Origin: Selaginella moellendorffii
Lineage: Eukaryota; Plantae; Lycopodiophyta
Length of the DNA: 64,000 nt
Direction: 5' to 3'
Assembly: GCF_000143415.4 (NCBI RefSeq)
Contig: NW_003314268.1
Location: 1,596,672-1,660,671, forward strand
Notes under the pieces: generated by a model
What the model saw: only the letters and a program-made list of their open reading frames with translations
Told to the model about the DNA's origin: nothing
Databases searched by the model: none
Made by a program: the position numbers and the translations under genes
Shown: positions 22,531 to 34,532 of the stretch, piece after piece
How the letters are laid out: each line of letters opens with the position of its first letter
How positions within the stretch are numbered: position 1 is the stretch's first letter

Positions 22531-23850
22531 CTACTTGTCTTTTACCTGTAACGCGCTTCGTATCCACTTCTCTACCATTTGCTGAGAGTTCACGCCTTGA
22601 TCGGCTGGGACTAGGTGCCCGGCGCCCGCAACTACAACGTGAGTGAGCGTTCCATAGCTCCTCCAATACCCCGCGAAGGATTTCCCAACTTTCCAGATCT
22701 TCTTCTCGGCCGCGAAGAACTTCTCCCGGTGCTCCCACTCGAGCTCTCGCATCCAGTCCTCGGAAGCAACCACGCCGTCTTTGATGTCGTACTGCCCCTG
22801 GTAGATCAAGATCGGGATCTCGAGCAGCAGCTCCTCGACCATCCACTTGACACTCTTCATCGTGTCGTTGGCCATGATCCTCCTCACCCGAGGATTGCAA
22901 GAGATCCACTGCGCCGAATCGTCGGCCTTGAGCGCCGCTTTCACTTCCTGGCGATTGAGGAACAAGCCCAGGAACTCGGTTCCATCCTCCGAGCAATGGT
23001 ATGGAACGCTCCTTCTCACGTCCAGGACTGTTGCCAACCCGGTGACGTTCTCGATCCATTCCATGTACTGTGTTCTTAATTCGTAGCCGCCCTGCCAGTC
23101 TTCTCTCTCGATCGATGCCACCACCACCTTTGCTCGATCTTCCGCTTGGGATCTCTGGGCAGCATCGAGCAGACCAAAGCTATAAGCAGTGGCGGCGTGG
23201 CTCTGGACCTGGGTGATCGGATGCGTGAGACCATTGCCGATCATCAAGCCATCCAGCCGGAAAGGAGAAGAGTTCTTGGAAGAGTTCTTGGATAGCTTCA
23301 CCAAGTAGTGACCAAGAGCTGGGACGTATTTTCCAGCGTAGCTCTCCCCGGCGATGAAGAAAGGCCGGTTCTTGAACGAAGGATCAATCTTGAAGAATTG
23401 GAGTAGAGCTTGATGGAGGTCTCGAGCAACCTCGTCTTGATTCACTGGAATATCATCGTCTTTCTCAGCGATGCTGTACCCTGTTCCTAGCGGATTATCG
23501 ATGAAGAGAACACCAAACCTGTGATTCCAGGGCGCTTCGTTCCGGTGGAGCTGGAGATCCGGCGCCGTCCTCCAGGGACCAAATTCGTAGAAATTTCCAG
23601 TCATGCTTGAGCAGCCAGGGCCGCCTTGCAGCCACAGGATGATCGGCGTCGACGCCAGCGCCTCGGCAGGCTCGATTGCCTCGTAATAGGCGAAGAACAT
23701 CTTGGAAGAGCGACCGAGAGGGAAATAGCCGGAGATTGTCGGCAGCGCCTCGGCCGGGAAGGGAGAAGAGACTTGATCATGGAGGAATTTGAAGGGATAG
23801 AACGCTCCTCCAGCTACCGCTGCCAGAATCACAGCCAAAGCGGAGATCAT
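22531..23850 (-). CDS. Serine carboxypeptidase-like protein (S10, SCPL50-like), intronless
   Basis: WLQGGPGCSS, GESYAG (catalytic Ser) and GAGHLVPADQ (His). Signal peptide from the ATG at 23850. Confidence 0.95.
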   Translation of the reverse strand: MISALAVILAAVAGGAFYPFKFLHDQVSSPFPAEALPTISGYFPLGRSSKMFFAYYEAIEPAEALASTPIILWLQGGPGCSSMTGNFYEFGPWRTAPDLQLHRNEAPWNHRFGVLFIDNPLGTGYSIAEKDDDIPVNQDEVARDLHQALLQFFKIDPSFKNRPFFIAGESYAGKYVPALGHYLVKLSKNSSKNSSPFRLDGLMIGNGLTHPITQVQSHAATAYSFGLLDAAQRSQAEDRAKVVVASIEREDWQGGYELRTQYMEWIENVTGLATVLDVRRSVPYHCSEDGTEFLGLFLNRQEVKAALKADDSAQWISCNPRVRRIMANDTMKSVKWMVEELLLEIPILIYQGQYDIKDGVVASEDWMRELEWEHREKFFAAEKKIWKVGKSFAGYWRSYGTLTHVVVAGAGHLVPADQGVNSQQMVEKWIRSALQVKDK

Positions 23851-24072
23851 CGTTCGGGGAAGAAACCCTAGCGACAAACAGTAAATTAAGGCGGATTGGA
23901 AGAATTAAAAAGCGGCGGGAAATCTCAACAGAAATTTAGGTTTAGGGTTCTTCGCGTGGAAACTACCCGAGAGATGGGCACCAATGGGCGGAGGTATGCA
24001 AGAAATCTCGATTTCTAGGCTTCGATTCTGATACTATTTCCTTGCAGCCACAGATCTCCCCGGCGCCTGTCG

Positions 24073-25095
24073 ATGATCCACGAGGAAGCGACGAAGCTCG
24101 AGAAAGACACAATCAAGCTCGAGAAGGAGGCCAAAGACAAGGAGACGAAGCTTGCGAGCATCCGCGCCGCATTGGCGATGGAGCACCGAGTGCGAGAGGA
24201 TATCAGGTAGTGTCCGGGACTTCCTTGGGCTTACCTTTGATTTGGGGTTCCCCAAATCTTTCGCAGCAAAGAAGCTAAAAGCAAGGGCTCTTGGTGGCAT
24301 TCCCCACAGGTATTTTTTCATCACTATAGAACACTTCGTGATCGATTGAGCGGTCTTTTTTCTTTTTTCTTTTTTTCCAGAGAAGCAAATGCAGTGATTT
24401 GCTATCAAGATCAAGGTCGAGCACGAAACCATTACACGAGCTCAAGACGATTCGCAGTGGTTCTTCCTGCTCGTTAAGTGCGTCAGAGACCTTACTTCCA
24501 CTTTGCATTTACATCTCAAATCTTTGTAGCTTTCCAGAGACGACTACCACCGAGAACGAGCTCATGAGCCGGATCTGCCAGGACATGACCATCGACCAAG
24601 ACTATGATCTCGACAGCACCCGATATAACTCGTCGCTCAAGAGAGCATCCAACATGCTACTGAGCTCTTTTGGCAGCGATACAAGTTTCGAAGGAACCAA
24701 GCTAAGCCAGTCATCATCCTCGGCTAGAGGAACTCCAGGCTAGTGCCTTTTTCTGTAGATCGTTTCCACTCGATCATTCGGTCTGGTCTCACACCTTGTT
24801 TTTTCAGTCGACCTGAGCCCGAGAAGGGATCGGTTCCCGGTGGAGGAGCAGCTAAGCCAGTCGAGCTCGATGCTTACGGACGATCCCCGCTGCATGGGGA
24901 TTCAGACAGACCATTTCTGTCCACCGTCAGTCATGGAAAACACTGCGGCTCCTCTTCCCCCGAAGCGTGAAAAGACTTACTTCGAGCACGTAAGTTTCCT
25001 CTCCTCTTTTGGTTTTAAGTTTGTGTTTGTTTTGGCAGCTCGTTGCGCAAGCTCACATGATTCCCAAGAGATCCCTGTACGAAACAAACATCTGA
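24073..25095 (+). CDS. Hypothetical multi-exon protein with an N-terminal coiled coil
   Basis: Exon/intron alternation gives MIHEEATKLEKDTIKLEKEAKDKETKLASIR...LPPKREKTYFEH|LVAQAHMIPKRSLYETNI*. Start uncertain (possible upstream exon at 23974) and some splice sites uncertain. No family recognised. Confidence 0.45.
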
Positions 25096-25566
25096 TAATC
25101 AGAAAACGTCAACAACAGTTTTGTACCTACCTGGAAGATTTCGATCCTGGCCAATCAAAGCCGCCTTTTAAGTGTAGCTTGTACCGCTCGATGTAGCTGA
25201 CAGCCAAGCTCGGTGTCAAGTTCTTGAGAAGTATGTTCACCATCTACTTAGTTTTTAGGAAAGATATTGTCGTTCGAGCTCGATAACTGGTTAAATGCTT
25301 GCAAGATCTTGTAACGAAGCAAATGTTTCCTCTAAGAGAAGAACTCTGCGATTGTAGTACAGCTGCCAGCTTATCGAAAAACTTGGAACTCGAAATTACT
25401 TGCCTGTTTGATCGTCGCGCCTGCCAATGCCGATGGAATGACCTGTCAGCGGCTTTAAATGCTGTAAACGCGGCGATTTGCTCCTCACCGCGTGCAAATT
25501 AAACTCGCCACCGTTTTAACTTGGATGCACAGCTTGTCTGAAGAATCATCCTTTCAGGGCCCAGTT

Positions 25567-25940
25567 ATGTCGTCCCCAACTGTAGCAGCACAGAGAAACC
25601 TCCTCGTTGCGACACTTGTGCTTCTTCTCGTAGCGATTTCTAGCGGGAACACCAGCAGCAAATCACCTGTGGTATGTATGAAACTTTTCCAGCTTACCTG
25701 AGATGTTTGAAGGTTTTCCAGAGCAAAGGCGGGATGTTTCGCCAAGACTATCGCGATGTGAATCCAATCCCTCGGCCATGGCTACCACTGAGACCAGGAC
25801 CAATCGTCTTCATAAGGCCCGTTCCTCGCTCTCCTCCACCTCCAAAAAGTTCACTCTCGCTTCCGCCGGCACCGAGTCCTCTCCCGGGACCACAGGGACG
25901 TCGGAGGACCAAAAAGACGTTGCCAGGCTCACGAACTTGA
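25567..25940 (+). CDS. TWS1/CIF-like tyrosine-sulfated peptide precursor (intron 25672-25721)
   Basis: Signal peptide exon, in-frame 50-nt GT-AG intron, then DYRDVNPIPRPWLPLRPGPI followed by a Pro-rich tail. Confidence 0.65.
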
Positions 25941-25945
25941 CGTCT

Positions 25946-27853
25946 TCACCAGTCAAGTGTATCAGAGTTTCCAGTTGTAAAGCCAACGAGTGATTGCAGA
26001 GCCACCCTCGCTCCTGACTTGTAAATGCCGTCCAATGGATTCTTTGGAAATTCAAAGTCGAAGTTTTCTTCTTCGGGCTTGAAAGATACCGAGTCATGCT
26101 GGGACACCTGAAAGAGCTTGCCTGGACAGTCGTCTTCCAGCTTGAAACATAAGGAGTCCACCTCAAAGAGCTTGCCTGGACTGTCGTATCCTTGGTTGTA
26201 TCCGTCTTCTTCTTCGTCTTGGATCTCCGAGATATCAAACCGTCCAGCCGATCTGAGTTCTTCTTGGATCTCCGAGATATCAAACTGTCCAGCCGATCTG
26301 AGTTCTTCGCAGTCTGAATGCCCCTTGTCTTCAAGCTGTGAATCGCTTCCATCTATCGAATGCAGTCCCAATGTATCCTTCGTAACTTCAAAGCTCAATT
26401 TTTCTTCTTCCGGCTCGGAATATAGCGACGAGAGTAAGTCCTGTTGCGGCACCTCGAACAGCTGGCCTGGACTGTCGAGCTTGTCTGTCTCGATACTCTG
26501 GCTTGAGAGATTTACATTTGGGAACCGTCCAGCACTCCATGCCGATCTTGTCATCTCCTTGACATTCCAGGTTTTCAGTGCTTCGTAGTCTGAATCTCCG
26601 TCGTCGTCTTTGAGCTGTGAATGACTCTCAACATGCCCATCCCAATCCGCACTATTGTCATCCGAAAGCCCGGAACTCCACGCTAATTCCGTCATCTCCT
26701 TGATATTCCAGTTCTTCAAGGCTTCGAAGTGAGAATCCTCTTCGTCTTCAAGCAGTAAGGGACTTCCAGGTTGAAGTAGTTTATGGCCTTTTTCCTCGCA
26801 CGAGATGGCCGGATTAACAACGTCCAGCCTCCTGAGCAGTGTTTCGACTCTGGGAGGCCTGGAAAATAAATTAGCTACCAACGTGAGCAAAATCAACCCA
26901 ATGTAACCTTACCCCTTAGATTTGGAACTCCGAGATGATAGTTCTTGGAGATGATGTTGGATTCGCGTGAATATGTTCTTATAGTTGCCCGTGTAGATTG
27001 CCCCTGTGCATAGTAGTATTTAGAACAAGAGAAAAGCTAAAATCTCCAAGAACTTTACCATCATCGCTTTTACTTCCCCTTAACATTCCATCTGTCGAGG
27101 AAGGAAAAGGTCAAAACATTAAGTACAATGCTGAAACTTATTACCATTGTGTCTTAGCGTATGAGTTGGAGAACTTAAATCTCGATTTTCTTTGGAACTT
27201 TTAAAGTAGATTTCACCTTAAAACAGACTCAGGGTCAATGAGATTTCTAGATCACACCTTAAAAATCTTACCATCATCCTTGTGACTTCCAGTATTTTCT
27301 GGACACCATGAAAAAATTACAATCCTGAATAATCAGCAATCTTACCTTCGTAGCTTCCCTTGTAGCTCAAATCTGGGAAAACGAAGTGAGAGCTAGAATT
27401 ATAAAACAATGCTATAAGAAACTACCATCATTTTTGTCGCTTCCCGAGTCGATTGTTCCTGGACAAAAAAGGATACCGAGAATGACGCAGGAACAATAGT
27501 AAAAGCTTACGATTGTCTCGCTCTGGGGTGTGTACTTCTGGCAGACACTGCTGGAACCGTTTGAAGAAACTAAACTCGGACGTCCTCGGCCTGTCGAAGA
27601 AGCTCGAATTCTGGAAACCAGTCCTTCTCAATTGCCGCGTCTTGTTCCTGAATGCTAACCACGTAAGAACGAGCCAAGCCAGACCATAATCTCACTTCAA
27701 GCGCTTCTTCTCGCGCGCGCGACGCGATCGGAACCCCTGAATACCAAAATCAAGGAAGGATCTGAGACCTGCAATGCCAGATGCGCCTACATTTTGCGAC
27801 GCGGAGGAGGAAGACGATGCCGATGACGCCGTGCCAAGGCTCCGGATTCCCAT
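25946..27853 (-). CDS. Hypothetical multi-exon acidic, repeat-rich protein
   Basis: ATG at 27853 (MGIRSLGTASSASS...), several short exons and a final ORF of about 300 aa with internal repeats (ALKxWNxKEMT; DSPGxLFEV; EELRSAGxFDISEIQ x2). Confidence 0.55.
26215..26310. repeat. 45-nt coding tandem duplication (EELRSAG[Q/R]FDISEIQ x2)
   Basis: ggatctccgagatatcaaacYgtccagccgatctgagttcttc occurs twice. Confidence 0.85.
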
Positions 27854-27951
27854 TGCTGAAGAGCCCTAATACTCTGCTCCACAAGGCCCTAAAGCCCTGA
27901 TTTTTCCCGCCTTGTTTTCGAATTTCCCGCCCTAGGTCTTCTTTGCGCGCG

Positions 27952-29002
27952 ATGGCTGGCAGCAAGAGTCAAGCGCCTAAGCCTCGCAAGCGCGTCGACG
28001 CTGCTGTGGAGCTCAAGCGCGCCGCCGATGGAAGTGGATTTGTTCGCTGGTATGTGTTTTCGCGACGATTCTATGGAAGCCCTAGTCTCCAATCGTTCTT
28101 TCTCTATTCAGCGAAGAATGCAAGAAGGATGTGCCAGTTGCGGTGGCAGACATGCATACATGCAGTAGCTTGAAGGTGCCCTTGAGAGGTGAGCGAAGAT
28201 TTTGCTTTCCCCCCTTTTCTTGGTTTTCATCACGCTGGTTTTGTTAGTTTCAAGTGCGCCAGAGAGGAAGCCGATGGAAAAGCAAAGTAAGAAACGCAGT
28301 GGTGGTAAAACAGAAGAGAAGAAGCCGAAGAAGCAAGCCAAGAAGAGAAAAAAGGACAGTAATCTTCCAAAGAAGCCAATGACGGCGTTCTTCCTCTTCA
28401 TGTAAGACTTCTTTCGTTGCTTGAGTTGTTTCGAGTTATTTCACTGTTGTGATGGTTTTGCTCTCAGGGAGGACTTCAGGCAAAAGAAAAAGGCAGAGAA
28501 TGTGAAGGGCTCTGAGGTTGGATGCTGCGACATTTTTTTTTCATCATGCGAACTTGGATGTGTGTTTTTTGTTACAGGTAGCGAAGCTTGGGGGAGAAGC
28601 ATGGAAGGCGATGACACAAGAGGTCGTGAAAATATTGTCTTTGTTTTTCTTGACTGATTGTTTTCCTTTTTCCAGGAAAAAGCTCCTTACAATGAGAAGG
28701 CAGCTCAACTGAAACGAGAATACGATGCTGAAGTTAAAAAACTAAATGCTGATGACGCTTCCGAGGTGAACTTTGTATAGCTTCATTACGTTATCTTGGT
28801 CTGATGACCCAACTGACAGCCGAAGGAGGACGATGGCGGTGAATCCGGCAGGGAGGATTGCAGAGTCATGAACGAAGAGAACGGCGATGAGTCGGAGAAG
28901 GAGAATGGAAGCGGATCGGCCACTGAAGCAGAAGAGGTTTGAATAAAAAACTCCAACTTCACATCTACTTTTAACTTTTTTGTTTCTCTGTTTTTGCAGT
29001 AG
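27952..29002 (+). CDS. HMG-box protein of the HMGB6/7 type (N-terminal Cys/His motif, HMG box, acidic tail)
   Basis: PKPRKRV...LKRAADGSGFVRCEECKKDVPVAVADMHTC, then PKKPMTAFFLFMEDFR...GGEAWKAMTQEEKAPY. The stop may be on a final exon (TAG at 29000-29002). Confidence 0.9.
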
Positions 29003-29398
29003 CTAGTTGTTTATGCATAGCGTTGTTAAATATTTGATAAACCAGGATTTTTCGCTGAGCTTGATTCGTTACAAAGTGATAAAAGAATATGAAAAAAATG
29101 AGAAAATCGAAAAATCACTTTCTGTACCGTAGGACCATAAAGAACAGGTCCTGCCCGCCTCTAGAGACCATACTACGAACAGCATTGGAAGGTTCGTCCG
29201 GCTGTTTATCAGTATAACTCATTGATTCTTTTTTATTTCTCTCCAGCAGTACAGAAGATTTGTGGCTGCTTAGGAAGAGCAGTCAAGGTCTTTACTGTGA
29301 CTTGCCGTGTCATCGCTGGAGTCTGAGGTCTTATTGTCGCCCTCTAAGGTTTGCACTGGAATTCATCGCTGATACATGCCAGGTGTGAGCAGGCAGGC

Positions 29399-31363
29399 AT
29401 GAGAAATCCCGGTATTGTTAGAAAGCTGGTTCTTCTGGCGTGGTTTCAATGGGGGGTAGCAACAGCAGCAGCAATTTGCGAGAGAACGAGCTGCGGTAAT
29501 GTCACTGTTCAATACCCCTTTGGTCTCGGATATGGCTGTGGAAGTCCCGGCTTTGGGCTAAGCTGCACGGACTCTGTCTTGTACTTCAACAGTTCGATTG
29601 TGGGAAGCATCGACTACAATGGCCGAAGTTTGGTTTTGAGCTCCGGTGAAGGCTGCCCCTTGAGGAATCTTCCAACGGAGATTCAGATCTGTAGCAGAAA
29701 CCAAAGAAATGACGGGAATGGACAGCAAGTATGTTTGCTTGGTTACAGTAGCTGCTGCTTGGAAAGAAACTCGTCATTCGACGGAGAAGGATGTATGGCT
29801 TACAGGGCGGCTGGAGGCTCGTCTTCAACAGTTAGTGCTTCTCTGGGTGATTTTTCGCTCAGGTGGCCTCCGGAACTACAGACTAGGTGCGACCCTTGCT
29901 ATCGCGTTGGGAATGGACAGTGCGGCTACAATTCAACAAGTGATTTCGTCTGCTTTTGTGAGACGTCAAACACGACTGCAACTTGCAGTGTAACTCGTAA
30001 GTAATTATCATTTTCTTCCTTCTTCGCAGCTCACATTTGGACGTATCTCTGCAGAAGGCCAAACCAATGCTCCAATAATCATATCAGGTATATCAGGTAG
30101 TTTGATTTCTAAGATGGTTATTTCATGAGAGTGGCGACTTACATTCGATTGGCATGAACAGGCTCTGTCGCCATCGCGGTGATTGTCGTGGTTCTCGTGT
30201 TCGGAGTGAGCCTCTCAATATACTGGAAGTGGAAAAAGAATGGCCGCGAGAGCACGCCAGAGCCGATTTTCTCACTCGACGATCCCAGCCGAGATGTCGA
30301 AAACCTCCGCCAGATACTCTCCACGCGCAGGGGCGACCCCGCAAAGCTCTACACCTTATCCGAGATCGACAAGGCCACAAACGGTTTCGACAAGGAACAC
30401 AAGATTGGCAGCGGTGGCTTTGGCACTGTTTACAAAGGACTCTTCGACGACGGCTCGGTTCTAGCAATCAAGAGAGCAAACCACACATCAAAGCAAAGCT
30501 CGCGGCACTTTTACAACGAGGTGGCCATCCTTTCACAGGTAAACCACCGCAACTTACTCAGGCTCATGGGTTGCTGCGTCGACTCGGACGTTCCCATACT
30601 CGTGTACGAGTACATTCCAAACGGGAATCTCTTCGAACATCTCCACAAGAGGCCGGGGGTTTTAAGCTGGAGCAACAGACTGACGATCGCAATAGAGACG
30701 GCCGAGGCACTTGCTTACTTGCACTCGGCTGCGTATCCACCGATCTATCACAGGGACGTAAAGTCGGCCAACATTCTCCTCGACAACGCCTTCACGACGA
30801 AGGTGGCGGACTTTGGCCTCTCCCGGCTGGTTCCCGTGGACGTGACTCACGTCTCGACCATGGTACAAGGAACTCCCGGCTACGTCGACCCGGAGTATCA
30901 CCAGACGTATCAGCTCACGGACAAGAGCGACGTCTACAGCTTTGGGGTGGTGCTGCTGGAGATGGTCACGGGACGCAAGCCAGTGGACTTCGCCAGAGCT
31001 TCCAAGGACGTGAACCTCAGCGCCTACTCGGTGCCTTTGATCCGGAAGGGGCTGATCGAGGAGATCGTGGACCCGAAGCTGGAAGTGAGAGTTTCTGGCA
31101 ACGCGGCCGACTTGGAGCTCCTGGAATCCATCCGAGCAGTGGCCAACGTCGCGATGGCGTGCCTGGCGTTTACGAGAGACGAGCGGCCGACGATGAAGAG
31201 AGTGTTGGAGGAGCTTGTGGCGATCCGGGGGTCGGATGGATTGATTAGGACGGAGTGGCTGGAAGGCGAGGTGATTCTCACCGAGAGTTTCCATCCCAGC
31301 GAGGGTGTCTCGTATAACAGCGGTCGGTCGCGAGATCATTCAGCGGAGATAACGGCCAGGTAA
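29399..31363 (+). CDS. Wall-associated kinase-like receptor kinase (GUB_WAK-type ectodomain, TM, RD kinase). Exons approx. 29399-29996, 30055-30090, 30162-31363
   Basis: CERTSCGNVTVQYPFGLGYGCG, C-x2-C...GQCG...FVCFC, a TM helix, GSGGFGTVYKG, IYHRDVKSANILLD and QGTPGYVDPEY. Confidence 0.92.
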
Positions 31364-33439
31364 GTATATATAAATCAGTTTTGAAACTTCCACTCTGGCA
31401 ACAGACTTCGTTCCGTGCAAGAAGGCGATTTTAGATATACCTATCGTCATACGTCTGAATTCGGGTCAAATCTTTGCCTAGCAGGAGCAAAGAACTGTAA
31501 TGCCACTTTTCTAATCAATTTCAAATATCAATCTCCAAAGGATTGTAACAGATTGTAGATTATATGTCCCGTTACCTGTAGAGAAGAAGTAAAGAACCTT
31601 CCAGAATCGTGTGCTTGTCATCTGAAAGTTCTGACGCATTAACTGGCCATAAAGGTCTTTCATGGCGCATCCATTGCCTGAGCATAACAACGCAAGCTAC
31701 CTCTACTGCTACATGACCAACACGATCTCACAAAATTCTCCAATATAACCCATTGCGCTGATGATTGTCACAATTGTCCAGGAGAAAAAATTCTGTCCAA
31801 GAATTTGCTGGGCTTCCTCCAGAGCAACACACATTGGTAAGGAATTTTCCAGCCTCCCCACCAAACGGATTCTTCCACGGCTGCCGCTCCCTAAGCCGAG
31901 GTAGCGCGTATACTTGCATGTCATTCGCCAGGCTATTCGTTTTGAACTGACCTTTATTCAATAAATATTCATAATGTATCCAAATTTTAAATAAAAACAT
32001 AAGTTAGCTCGAATGGTGTTTGATAAGATCTTTGCTCAAGAAAATACATATAGTGGAACAATCAAAAGAGAAATACTTGTTTTACTTGCCTAGATGGGCA
32101 TATATGGCTGTGGTTGCACGTGAGTGTGTGGATATGATTTTTTGTTTTTCATTATGGTAAGCAATTTGTGATTGTAAGTTTTGGGAGGAGGTACAACTGA
32201 AATATACCTAAAGTGGCCAGCTTGGCAAGTAATTTGTGATTGCAACTTTAGGGGGGAGGCACACCTCTTAACAAAAGAGGTTTACATAGCTTAGCCAAAA
32301 AATGTATTGACCTGTAAGATATATGAATTCAAAACACATGTGTATTTTAATTGTCTAAACATATGTATGATTCATAAAATAATTTTTGGATGTAATTTCT
32401 TTTCAAGTCATAAGCATGTATGCCCTGTATGAATTTTGCCCTCATGTAAAATCCATATCAATGCATTATATGTACATCAACTTTATTACAATAGTAGCGT
32501 TTTCTATATGAATTTGGTTAGTAATGGTGAATAAAGCACCCTTATGTTTTGCTAATTCTTCTTAAGCAGTGAGTGTAAATCATAAATTTTTCTCATTTAA
32601 TTTGCTAATTTACCTTGTTTATCTGATTACTTTTGCTTTCGCTTCAATGACTTGGATTCAATTGTTTATTGCATAAGCAACAAGGTATTAGCCATTTATC
32701 AATAGATTCCTAAACTCTATCCAAATCCCCCTCCTTGGATTAAAGGTTTAGTTACGCTCCTTGCAAGCATCAACTTTCTAGATTTTTAATATCCCTTAAT
32801 ATAAAAAGATTTGTTCATGGGAATTTTAAATCCCAAAGCTTAGATACATATCTTAATTTGAACCTTAAAGAGAAATATCATAGCCTAATGATTTGGTATA
32901 AGTACCTTAACTCCCCACTTCCAACTTAAAGGGAAGGCTTAGGATAAGGCAAGGTACTTAATGGGGCACCATTCCACTTAAGCTGAGAGCATTGTAATCA
33001 ATTTCCTTTCTAAAAGTGAAAGTTGTTCTTAAATATGTCTTAAAGGAGCTTTTAAGCCCTCCTATTAACCCTCAGTCCTAATTTTAAGTTGGTTTGGAAA
33101 CACCATTAAAGAGTTTCTTTTACACTAAATCCTTAACCTCAATATCACTACTAACTTTGCAATCTTTTTTTTAGTCATTATATTGAACTTGCAATGATGT
33201 GTGTTCAAAAAATGAGCTCTTGTATTCCTCATACCTCATAGTGAAGGATATTAAAATCTTCCCCAAGGGTCATAAATCAAAGGTACTTTAAAACCATTCT
33301 CTAGCTGTTTTGTCACCCCACACAACGGTTATCAATCTATGAAGATTCACGTCATATATATACCATTATCATAACACTTTGTTTGAAAATGAATGGGGAC
33401 GGAAGAGTGTGGCACTTTTCCTAAGCTGGGGGTCCTAGT

Positions 33440-34100
33440 TTCAAAGACTCTCTGGAACCTGTAGCTTCATTCAGTCTCTTAAAAAAGATTGAAACAGCCA
33501 AGATTTCTTTGGCATCTGTCTGCGCATAATGATAATAATAACAGCTATTTCAAGTCATGAGGACCCATCCTATCTACTGCTGGTGTGGGGTTGGGGATGT
33601 GTAGTTTCAAAGATTGCAAGCAGCTCCTTAGAAGAAGAATGCCATTAGTGTCTACTGCAGAAGGTTGTGGTTAAGCAAAGCTGTATACATGTGAAAATTT
33701 GCCGAAGAAGCAGATAACGAGACTCCACAATTAACTACAGGAATAGGGAGTTAGCATGCTAACTTATCGGATATACAATGTACCTCCCCATTCGTCTGGA
33801 TTGAGACTAAAAGCTTCTAGTCACAAAGACTCGACCTTATCATGAACCTCGAATGGGAAAGCCCTTAGCACAAGAATTCTTAGACGTAATTTGAAACGAC
33901 CTACTCATTTGCACCGTAGATAGCCTCGCTATGCTTGCATGACTGAAGTTGAAGTGAAATTCTGCTAGGGAATTAGCTCCAGCTCCTTCTATGCATAGCA
34001 AAAGCAAGAAAACCAGCCTTCCATTGACGATTAGTTTCCAGCTCATTAGCGATTTCCGGATCAACGTCGGAAAGTGGATTGAGATGCTGCGAGGCATTTA
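33440..34100 (-). pseudogene. Partial degenerate duplicate of the 5' half of SHMT, introns retained
   Basis: Colinear blocks match 36950-37620 (e.g. aagattgaaacagcc; ctccccattcgt(c/t)tggattgagac; gcttgcatgactgaagttgaagt; cagcgatttccggatcaacgtc), with deletions. Confidence 0.85.
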
Positions 34101-34532
34101 AAAAGGGTTGTCTGGGTCCCAAGATCAACCGAAGTGTCACAGCAACAGAGCCTGTTCATGCCAATAGAAAGTAAGTCGCTACTCGTCATAAAATACCCAT
34201 CTTAGAAAGCTACCTGGATTCCATGATTAAAGTGCGTCCATTCCAAATGCGAGGAACAAAAGACAAAAAAGGAAGAAAAGAGAAAGGATTGAGTTGCAGC
34301 CGCATTATCCATATTGCAAGCACCATAGATTGTAAGCAAGGTAACTTAAAAAAAGAACTCCGGAGTGAAAAATCAGCGAATTGCCTTTGTTTCTCCGCAA
34401 AAGAACATCTACAATTGATTTCACACTACTCAGCTGATTGCCAAAAACTTGCACGCCTTCTCAGGCTTCTCCCGACTCAGTTCTAAAGCAAAAAGGACAC
34501 AAAAGCATTAGAAATCAAACCGGAAAACTGAA

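Noticed and set aside
31950-33400. AT-rich intergenic block with short direct repeats (gcaatttgtgattg)
   Set aside because: No ORF, TIR or LTR termini that I can support.
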